Below the pieces are notes generated by a model, which did no database searches, was not told the origin of the DNA, and was given only the letters and a program-made list of their open reading frames with translations. A stretch of DNA of 26,337 nt from Conexibacter woesei. Its GTDB lineage: Bacteria > Actinomycetota > Thermoleophilia > Solirubrobacterales > 70-9. Position numbers and translations under genes: made by a program. The stretch spans positions 1 through 26,337 of the forward strand of contig JBEBXB010000001.1 in assembly GCA_040391885.1 (NCBI GenBank), given 5' to 3'. This document shows positions 8,671 through 15,832 of this stretch, in pieces. Numbering within the stretch: position 1 is the stretch's first letter; the number at the start of each line of letters is the position of its first letter.

Positions 8671-9415
8671 GGCAGACGGCGATGAAGTCCAGGGCGTCCT
8701 CGAGGTCGTGGGTGCTGAGCCGGAAGTCGGAGGCCGCGATCGCCGGCGTGAACCGGTCGTAGAAGGCTTTGCTCAGCCCGAGCGTCTCGTGAACCCGGTC
8801 CCAGCCGAGCGAGAGCGCCAGCTCGTGCCACTTCAGTTTGCGGGCATGCGACAGGCCGAGGATCTCGACCCGGGAGAAATGAGGCTCCAGCATCGCCCGG
8901 TACTCCTCGAGGCGATACTCCTTGATGTGCCAGGGGTTGTCCGACTTCTCGGCCCCTTCGGGCGCCAGGGTCAACAGGTTCGGCGTCGAGATGTAGGAGA
9001 CGGGTGCGATCCGCGCAAAGCCGGCGACCAGCGAGTCGGGGTCCTGGATGTGCTCGATCGTCTGCAGGAAGACGACGGCGTCGCGGGGCTCGTCGAAGCT
9101 CTCGACCAGCTCTCGCCGGAAGGTGAGGTTGTCCGTCGTGTACTTCGCCTCGGCGTGCGCGAAGGCGTCGGGGTTCGCGTCGACCCCGATCACCTCGGCC
9201 GCGGTCCGGGCGAGGACGGCCGAGCCGTACCCTTCGCCGCAGGCGAGATCGACCACCTTCTGGCCGGCCACCAGGTCGGAGATCCACTCGTAGACCACCA
9301 GGTGGCGGCGGTACCAGTAGTTCTCCTCGGGTACGTCGGGGAGGGTCCGCTCGCCGGTCAGTTCGAGCGGCGGGACCCCATCGGGCTGGTTGTTCTGGAT
9401 GTACGAGTCGGTCAA
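8663..9415 (-). CDS. Class I SAM-dependent methyltransferase, Rv3030-like
   Basis: Motifs LTGERTLPD..EENYWYRRH.VVY, DLACGEGYG, QTIEH, STPN and NPWH.KE. The start is TTG 9415 (preferred) or ATG 9448. Confidence 0.92.
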   Translation of the reverse strand: MTDSYIQNNQPDGVPPLELTGERTLPDVPEENYWYRRHLVVYEWISDLVAGQKVVDLACGEGYGSAVLARTAAEVIGVDANPDAFAHAEAKYTTDNLTFRRELVESFDEPRDAVVFLQTIEHIQDPDSLVAGFARIAPVSYISTPNLLTLAPEGAEKSDNPWHIKEYRLEEYRAMLEPHFSRVEILGLSHARKLKWHELALSLGWDRVHETLGLSKAFYDRFTPAIAASDFRLSTHDLEDALDFIAVCHA

Positions 9416-9432
9416 GAACCGCGATTCTTCCC

Positions 9433-9438
9433 TATCTT
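9433..9438 (+). promoter_or_regulatory. Candidate -10 box TATCTT (possible leaderless transcript)
   Basis: TANNNT 8 nt upstream of ATG 9447. No SD sequence is visible. Confidence 0.35.
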
Positions 9439-9446
9439 TGAGCGTC

Positions 9447-10367
9447 ATGCCCGCTTCCCCGACGGCGACGCCGCAACACATCAAAGACGTGAACACCCGC
9501 TACCACGACGCGGCGGCCGAATCCTACGATGCCAAGTGGGGCATCGATTTCAGCGATATCGGCCAGCATCAGACGGCTCTCAAGCTGAAGAAGGCCCTCG
9601 GCGGCAAGCTGCCCGAGCCCTTCGAGGATGCCCTCGAGATCGGCGCCGGGACCGGCTACTTCTCACTCAACCTCGCCACCCAGGGCCTGATCGAGAACCT
9701 GACCGCGACGGACATCTCGCCCGGGATGCTCAAGTCCCTGGCCGCCACGGCGGACCGCCTCGGGGTTCCGGTCAAGACGGTGGTCACCGAGGCCGAGGTC
9801 CTGCCCTTCGAGGACGACTCCTTCGACGTCGTGCTCGGCCACGCCATCCTTCACCACATCCCGGATCTAGACAAGGCCTTCTCCGAGTTCTTCCGGGTTC
9901 TGAAGCCCGGCGGCGTGATCGTCTTCTGCGGTGAGCCGTCGCGCTACGGCGACCGGCTGGCGGTCGTGCCGAAGAAGACCGGCACCTTCGTCTCGCCGGT
10001 CTGGCGCCGCCTGGTCGGGGCCGAGACCCTCACCCACACCGAGGAGGAGCTGGCCGACGACGAGCACAGCCTCGAGCCCGAGGTCGACGTCCACGCCTTC
10101 GCTCCCGCCGATCTCCGCGCGATCCCGCCGCGGGCCGGCTTCGAGGACACCAAGGTCAACGGCGAGGAGCTGGTCGCCAACGTCTGGGGCTGGGGCATGC
10201 GCTCGATGGAGTCCACCGCCACCCCGGACTCGATCCCGCACCGCTGGCGCAACTTCGCCTTCCGCAGCTACATCGCCTTCCAGAAGGTCGACAACAACGT
10301 GCTCGAACCCCACCTCCCGGCCGAGCTCTTCTACAACCTGCTCCTCTCGGCCCGCAAGCCGAAGTAG
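9447..10367 (+). CDS. Class I SAM-dependent methyltransferase, Rv3038c-like
   Basis: Motifs YHD.AA..YD.KW.I, LEIGAGTG, DISPGM, GHAILHHIPD, VLKPGG...F.GEP, E..VDVHAF and FYN. Start at ATG 9447; the ORF-track start at 9390 overlaps the divergent gene. Confidence 0.92.
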   Translation: MPASPTATPQHIKDVNTRYHDAAAESYDAKWGIDFSDIGQHQTALKLKKALGGKLPEPFEDALEIGAGTGYFSLNLATQGLIENLTATDISPGMLKSLAATADRLGVPVKTVVTEAEVLPFEDDSFDVVLGHAILHHIPDLDKAFSEFFRVLKPGGVIVFCGEPSRYGDRLAVVPKKTGTFVSPVWRRLVGAETLTHTEEELADDEHSLEPEVDVHAFAPADLRAIPPRAGFEDTKVNGEELVANVWGWGMRSMESTATPDSIPHRWRNFAFRSYIAFQKVDNNVLEPHLPAELFYNLLLSARKPK

Positions 10368-10385
10368 ACCGACCCGGAGCCAGCG

Positions 10386-11528
10386 TCAGTCCGAATGCCG
10401 GCGGACCCTGAAGAGCCTCACCGGCCGCTTCAGGCCCTTGAACTTGTGCTCCCCCACCTTCGAGTAGCGGAAGGCGTCGCCGGCCGCTTCGACGGCGGTC
10501 GCTTCGGCGAGCACCGAGTCCGGGCGGGCGGCTTCGGTGATCCGGCTGGCGAGGTTGACGGGGTTGCCGAACCAGTCGCCTACCTGGGGTGTGGCAAGGC
10601 CACGGGCGACGCCGACCCTGAGCGCCGGTAGTTCGGACCCGGCGTCGCGTCCGGCATCCCGACCCACCTCGATGAACCTGAGGGCGGCGTCGAACAGCGC
10701 AGCCCCGTCCTCGGAGACGAGCATCGCCGCGTCACCGATCAGCTTGACCAGCCGCACCTCGGGGTTCGTCACTTCGATCGCCACCGATTCGAGCAGCTTC
10801 GCGACGGTGCCGATCTGCTCCAGCTCGGAGCGTTCCCCGAGCCGGGTGAAGCCGACGAGGTCCGCGAAGCAGACGGAGACCTCGACCGCGCCACCCGAAC
10901 CGAACCAGCCGGGGGTGTCCATCGCCATGACCTGGCTTCGGAGCTGGTCGACGAAGTGCGATCGCAGAGCGTACGTGACCGCTTCCTCACCCATGGGCAG
11001 AAGCTCCCGGGCCGCTTCCCGGAGCTGCATCGCCGCTTCCCATTCGTCGGCATCGGGGTCGACGATGTCGGTCGATACGAGATCCCGGTGGACCTGGGCG
11101 ATGCGGGCGGCACTGGAGCCGACCACCCGGGTCACGGCCAGCATGTTGTCGAGGGGCAGCCCGGCATCCATGAACTTGCGCAGCCGCTTGGCCGCCCGGA
11201 CGTCCTGCCGCCCGAGGATACGGTCGTCGGCCGCGGGTGGCGGGAATCCCAGGGCTGCGATCAGCTTCTGAAGCTCGTTGACGGTTATCCCAGCCTGTTC
11301 CGCCACTTCGATTGGGGTGAACCGGTGGCCGGGCCGGCCGATCGCGAGGTCGGCCGGCAGCAACGCGAGCCGGTTGGCCTTGGCTTCGCGGCGCAGGGTC
11401 TCGAGGTCCACCCCTTCTTCCGCCCACAGGAACTCGAGCAGGCGCAAGCGGACCTCGCGGGCCTCACCGGTGAGGCCGTCGAGGAGGCCTTCGTACTCGA
11501 AATCGGGGATTCCGGCCGGTTCAGGCAT
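10386..11528 (-). CDS. Class III adenylyl cyclase with N-terminal regulatory domain, Rv1264-like
   Basis: Catalytic motifs FADLVGFT, VKLIGDA (Lys) and GDWFGNPVNLASRI (Asp, Asn, Arg) indicate ATP specificity. The N-terminal GLLDGL.G.ARE.R.RLLE.L segment resembles the Rv1264 regulatory domain. The ATG overlaps the ggt stop (ATGCCTGA). Confidence 0.9.
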   Translation of the reverse strand: MPEPAGIPDFEYEGLLDGLTGEAREVRLRLLEFLWAEEGVDLETLRREAKANRLALLPADLAIGRPGHRFTPIEVAEQAGITVNELQKLIAALGFPPPAADDRILGRQDVRAAKRLRKFMDAGLPLDNMLAVTRVVGSSAARIAQVHRDLVSTDIVDPDADEWEAAMQLREAARELLPMGEEAVTYALRSHFVDQLRSQVMAMDTPGWFGSGGAVEVSVCFADLVGFTRLGERSELEQIGTVAKLLESVAIEVTNPEVRLVKLIGDAAMLVSEDGAALFDAALRFIEVGRDAGRDAGSELPALRVGVARGLATPQVGDWFGNPVNLASRITEAARPDSVLAEATAVEAAGDAFRYSKVGEHKFKGLKRPVRLFRVRRHSD

Positions 11529-13038
11529 ATGCGACCGCCCCACCCCGCCGCGGGTCGCCGCCGCCGTCGAGTCGTCCCGTGGCGGGATCCCGGGTGACCA
11601 CCTGGACGCCCCCGAAGAACAGGTTGCGTTCGTCCCACCGGAAGATCTCCTGCCCCAACCCTTCGATCTCCGCGAGGCCCTGCGGGTCGACGCCCGGTTC
11701 GGCTTGGAGCACCCCGGCTTCGAGGTGGACCCTTGCCGCCTCGACCGCCTCCTGCGGCCCCATCCCGCGCGTCAGCAGGTTCAGGGTCGTCTGCAGGATG
11801 GCCGACCGGATCCGGTTCGAGCCGGCACTGCCCAGCCCGGCCCGCACCTCGTCGCCTTCCATGATCAGGGTCGGAGACATCATCGAGCTGATCCTCGAGC
11901 CGGGCGTCGAACGGTGGAAGCCGAGCGGGTTGAGATCCTCTTCACCAAGCATGTTGTTCAGATGGACACCGGTTCCGGGCACCACCATCCCCGATCCCGT
12001 CCCGTTCGAGCAGGTGACGGACGCGCACAGGCCGTCGCCGTCCATCGCGGCAAGATGGGTGGTCGATCCGAGCCGATCGGCGATCTCCAGCCCCTGCCGG
12101 AACCGTTCTTCCCGCAGGAACTCGGCCGCGAAGTCCTCCTGGTCGAGCTTCTCGGCGAAACCGGTTCGGCGGGCCTGGCTCGCCGCTTCCATCACCCGGG
12201 CGATCTCGACCGTTCCCGACCTCCCCATCCGTTCGAGGAGCGCCAGGCAGTAGGTGATGAGGATGCCGCCCGCCGAAGGTGGTGGGTTCGTATGGATCCT
12301 GTGGTTGCCGAACGGGGTCGTGACCGGTTCGCGGACGATCGGCTCGTAGGCTTCCAAGTCCTTCCCGGACAGGGTCCCGCCCCGTCCGAGGATGTACTCC
12401 TCGATGGCGGCGGCTGTCTCTCCGGCGTAGATCGACCGGGGGCCTTCGGCGCCGTATCGGTCGAGCGCGTCGCCGAGGTCGGGATCGCGGAACACATCGC
12501 CCTCTTTGAGGATCCGCCCCTCCGGCGCGTAGATCGCCCGGGCTTCGGGGGTGGCCGTGTAGATCGGTTCGAGGATCCTCAACACGTAGGCCTGCTGGCG
12601 GTTCAAGGGGGCCCCTTCGCGGGCGAGCCGGGCGGCTGGGGCGGTCAGCTCCGCCATCGGGACCGATCCGAACCGGTCCAGTGCCAGGGCGAGCCCCGCG
12701 GCGGTGCCGGGAACCCCGCAGGAGGCCGCGCCGGCATTGAACACCTGGGTCGTGGCGGCATCGAAGTGGACCGGCACCGGCACCAGCTCGTCCGCCAGCT
12801 CGTGACCGCCGCGGCCTGGGGCGGCCACGAAGAAGTCGATCAGCACCGGTTTCACCCCGGCCCCACCGATGATCATGAACCCCCCGGCCCCGAGACCCGT
12901 CAGGGCACTCTCCAGCGAGAACGACGCGAGCACGGCCGCGGTGGCGGCATCGACCGCATTTCCTCCGTCTCGCAGGATCTGCGCCCCGGCCTCGGCCGAC
13001 AGCGGATGCCCCGCGGCGACCACACCGCGCGAGGCCAT
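11521..13038 (-). CDS. ggt: Gamma-glutamyltransferase family Ntn-hydrolase, cytoplasmic
   Basis: Motifs GVVAAGHP...AG..ILR.GGNAVDAA, GLGAGGF, nucleophile STTH, LNNMLGE, SSMMSPT and GGDPRRGG. There is no signal peptide. Confidence 0.88.
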   Translation of the reverse strand: MASRGVVAAGHPLSAEAGAQILRDGGNAVDAATAAVLASFSLESALTGLGAGGFMIIGGAGVKPVLIDFFVAAPGRGGHELADELVPVPVHFDAATTQVFNAGAASCGVPGTAAGLALALDRFGSVPMAELTAPAARLAREGAPLNRQQAYVLRILEPIYTATPEARAIYAPEGRILKEGDVFRDPDLGDALDRYGAEGPRSIYAGETAAAIEEYILGRGGTLSGKDLEAYEPIVREPVTTPFGNHRIHTNPPPSAGGILITYCLALLERMGRSGTVEIARVMEAASQARRTGFAEKLDQEDFAAEFLREERFRQGLEIADRLGSTTHLAAMDGDGLCASVTCSNGTGSGMVVPGTGVHLNNMLGEEDLNPLGFHRSTPGSRISSMMSPTLIMEGDEVRAGLGSAGSNRIRSAILQTTLNLLTRGMGPQEAVEAARVHLEAGVLQAEPGVDPQGLAEIEGLGQEIFRWDERNLFFGGVQVVTRDPATGRLDGGGDPRRGGAVAYA

Positions 13039-13041
13039 TCG

Positions 13042-14655
13042 TCAGGAAAGGAATTCGGGTATATCGCCGCCGCTGACCGCGGGCAGAGATCCACCCCGGT
13101 CACGGACCGATCCCCTTGCGCGGGAATCTCCGCGGTCGAGCGGTTCGCGTCTGGTGTCCCGGCCGGAACCGCCCCGGTCACGCTGATCCTCGCTGGACCG
13201 TCGCCGGGTCGGTGACTTGTTGTCGAACCGGGTCGCGACCACGGTGATCCACACCTGGTCGTCGAGGTCTTCGTCGATGTTCGCGCCGAAGATGATGTTG
13301 GCATCGGGATGAGCGGCTTCGCCGACTGCGCGGGCCGCTTCCGAGACCTCGATCAACGAGAGGTCGGATCCACCGGTGACGGAGAGCAGGATCGACCGGG
13401 CGCCGTCCATCGGGGTCTCCAGGAGAGGCGAGGAGATCGCCTTCTCCGCGGCGATCATGGCGCGGTCGGGACCGCTGCCCATGCCGATCCCGAGCAGGGC
13501 GCGGCCGGCGTCGGACATGATCGACCGGACGTCGGCGAAGTCGAGGTTGATCACCGACGGCAGGGTGACGAGGTCGGAGATGCCCTGGACGCCCTGGCGG
13601 AGGACGTCATCGGCGACCTGGAAGGCGTCGACCATCGGGGTCGACTGGTCGAGCACTTCGAGAAGACGGTCGTTCGGGATCACGATCAGGGTGTCGACTT
13701 CGCCGGCGAGGGCCTCGATGCCCTGCTCGGCCTGCTTGGCCCGGCGGCTGCCTTCGAAGGTGAACGGCTTGGTCACGATCCCGACGGTCAGGGCACCGAG
13801 GTCCCGGGCCAGACGCGCGATCACGGGGGCGGCACCGGTTCCGGTCCCGCCACCGGCACCGGCCGCGATGAAGACCATGTCGGAGCCCTTGAGCAGCCTC
13901 TTGATGCGGTCCTGCTCGTCGAATGCGGCGCGGAACCCGAGCGAAGGGTCGGCTCCGGCGCCGAGGCCCCGCGTCTCGTCCCCACCGATGTGGACGGTGA
14001 GATCGGAGACGCAGAGCTGAAGCGACTGAAGGTCGGTGTTGACGGCCATGAACTCGACGCCCGGGATCTGAGCTTCGATCATGCGGTTGATCGCGTTGAC
14101 GCCACCTCCGCCGACTCCGACCACGCGGATGATCGGGGTATGTGGCACACCGGCGCCCTGGTTGGCCGACGGTTCCTGGCGCCCGTAACGGGGCGCGTCG
14201 TCGGTCGGGGCCGGAGAGTCGGAGAAGATTCGACGGAGCCGGTCCTGGGGATCCGGCAGCCCGCTGGTGTCGGCCGCGGGGTCGGGGGCGGACAGCGGTC
14301 CGTGATCCGGTTCCTCGCGTCGCGGCTCGGGCTCGGCCGCCCGGCGGGTCTCCCCCACATCGGAGCCACCACGGGCCTCGACGGGATCCTGACGACCGAA
14401 ACGGCCGGCGGAAGCGGGGTCGGGACCTCGCTCTTCCTCACGGGCATCGTCGCCCGAAGCAGCTTCGGGGGCGGGATCTACATCGCGTGCGACGGCCTCG
14501 GCATCACGTTCCACCGGATCGCCCTGCGGTCCGGATCGGTCATCCTCGCGGCGGGGTTCGAATTCGGGCGGCTCCTGAGAAGGGTCGTCGGAGGTAGAGC
14601 GAAACAGGTCCGCCAGGGGACCTTCACGCATACTCGCTCGTTTACGACGAGCCAT
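13042..14655 (-). CDS. ftsZ: Cell division protein FtsZ with a ~170-aa N-terminal extension
   Basis: Motifs IRVVGVGGGGVNAINRM, NTDLQSL, tubulin signature GGGTGTG, PFTFEG..R, T7 loop INLDFADV and C-terminal DIPEFLS. The start (ATG 14655 or GTG 14658) has a perfect SD AAGGAGGT. Confidence 0.95.
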   Translation of the reverse strand: MARRKRASMREGPLADLFRSTSDDPSQEPPEFEPRREDDRSGPQGDPVERDAEAVARDVDPAPEAASGDDAREEERGPDPASAGRFGRQDPVEARGGSDVGETRRAAEPEPRREEPDHGPLSAPDPAADTSGLPDPQDRLRRIFSDSPAPTDDAPRYGRQEPSANQGAGVPHTPIIRVVGVGGGGVNAINRMIEAQIPGVEFMAVNTDLQSLQLCVSDLTVHIGGDETRGLGAGADPSLGFRAAFDEQDRIKRLLKGSDMVFIAAGAGGGTGTGAAPVIARLARDLGALTVGIVTKPFTFEGSRRAKQAEQGIEALAGEVDTLIVIPNDRLLEVLDQSTPMVDAFQVADDVLRQGVQGISDLVTLPSVINLDFADVRSIMSDAGRALLGIGMGSGPDRAMIAAEKAISSPLLETPMDGARSILLSVTGGSDLSLIEVSEAARAVGEAAHPDANIIFGANIDEDLDDQVWITVVATRFDNKSPTRRRSSEDQRDRGGSGRDTRREPLDRGDSRARGSVRDRGGSLPAVSGGDIPEFLS

Positions 14656-15778
14656 CACTCAAGACCTCCTTCGCCAGATTCCGGTAGTACGACGCCGCAC
14701 GACTGTCGGGATCGTACTTCAGGACACTAGCGCCCCGTACCGGCGCTTCGGCGAACTTTACGGCCTTGCGGATGCGGGACTTGAATACCAGGTCCCCGAA
14801 ATTCTCTTCCAGAATCGAAACGGCTTCCCGGGCATGGAGGGTCCGGCCGTCGAACATGGTCGGCAAGATGCCCTCGATCCGGACGTTCGGGTTGAGGTTC
14901 TCCTGGATCATCTTCAAAGTGTTCTGGAGCTGGACCAATCCACGCATAGAAAGGTACTCGCACTGGACCGGGACGATCACCTTGCTCGAAGCGGTGAGGG
15001 CGTTGATGGTCAGCAAGCCGAGGCTCGGCGGGGTGTCGATGCAGATGTAGTCGTAGTCGCCGTGGACCTCGCGAAGCGCCTTCTCCAAGGATCGTTCACG
15101 GCCGATCTTGGTGCTCATCGCGATCTCGGCCCCGGCCAGGTCGATCGAGGCGACGGCGATGTCGATCTCGCGGTGGGCGATCACTTCGGAGATCGGCAGA
15201 TCGTCCACCAGCACGTCGTACATGCTGTGTTCGACCTTGTCGGGGTCGATTCCCTGACTCATCGTGAGGTTGCCCTGCGGGTCGAGATCGATGCAGAGAA
15301 CCCGGTTGCCGAGCTCGGAAAGGGCGACCGCCAGGTTCAGGGTCGAGGTCGTCTTGGCGACGCCGCCCTTCTGGTTGGCGAAGCTGATCACCTCGGCCAT
15401 GTCGACCGGGGTCGGGTCCGGCTCCGGGGTCGGCAGAAGGAAGTCACGGCGGTCGGGGGCGAGCAGGTCGGCGGCCTTGAGGCGGATCTCCGACTCCTCG
15501 GCGGCAGCTTCCTCTTCCACCTGAGCCAGCTCCTCCTCGACCGGGGCGCCGGCGGGCGGCGCGACCGAAGCAGCCGCGGCGGCATCGCCGGCGGATTCGT
15601 TCGCGGGGGCATCGGCCGCCGGGGCCTGATTCGGCTCGGCAGCGGGTGTTGACATCGTCGAAGCAGGCTCCGGAGCGGCCGTCACCGGGACGGCGGCAGG
15701 CTCAGCCGTCGGAGTTTCCTCCGCCGATTCGGGAGCGTGCGTGTCACGTGCGTGGTTCTTGCGGCTCAGGATTCGCAT
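14642..15778 (-). CDS. Orphan ParA/Soj family ATPase with an Ala/Pro/Glu-rich N-terminal extension
   Basis: Deviant Walker A KGGVAKT, DLDPQGNLT, IDTPPSLG, VQCEY and TMFDGRT. The core domain starts at about residue 127 (15400). The start is uncertain (15778, 15655 or 15400). Confidence 0.92.
   Translation of the reverse strand: MRILSRKNHARDTHAPESAEETPTAEPAAVPVTAAPEPASTMSTPAAEPNQAPAADAPANESAGDAAAAASVAPPAGAPVEEELAQVEEEAAAEESEIRLKAADLLAPDRRDFLLPTPEPDPTPVDMAEVISFANQKGGVAKTTSTLNLAVALSELGNRVLCIDLDPQGNLTMSQGIDPDKVEHSMYDVLVDDLPISEVIAHREIDIAVASIDLAGAEIAMSTKIGRERSLEKALREVHGDYDYICIDTPPSLGLLTINALTASSKVIVPVQCEYLSMRGLVQLQNTLKMIQENLNPNVRIEGILPTMFDGRTLHAREAVSILEENFGDLVFKSRIRKAVKFAEAPVRGASVLKYDPDSRAASYYRNLAKEVLSDGSS
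14664..14671 (-). promoter_or_regulatory. Shine-Dalgarno AAGGAGGT for ftsZ, embedded in the parA 3' end
   Basis: Perfect SD 8 nt before ATG 14655 and 5 nt before GTG 14658. It supports translation of the full N-terminal extension. Confidence 0.85.
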
Positions 15779-15832
15779 TTGGGCCGTTATTCGCAGGTAC
15801 CTCGCCCATTCCTCCCCGGAGGCTGCATCCGG

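Noticed and set aside
8621-9934. 437-aa plus-strand ORF
   Set aside because: It overlaps two well-supported methyltransferases and has no motifs.
8663-11528. Identical ATGCCTGA start/stop overlap at two gene junctions (8663-8670 and 11521-11528)
   Set aside because: An 8-nt ATG-NN-TGA overlap has few free bases, so the match is plausibly coincidental.
11278-13215. 645-aa plus-strand ORF
   Set aside because: It is an antisense shadow of ggt and the cyclase, has no recognisable motifs, and such ORFs are expected in high-GC DNA.
13309-14730. 473-aa plus-strand ORF
   Set aside because: It is an antisense shadow of ftsZ.
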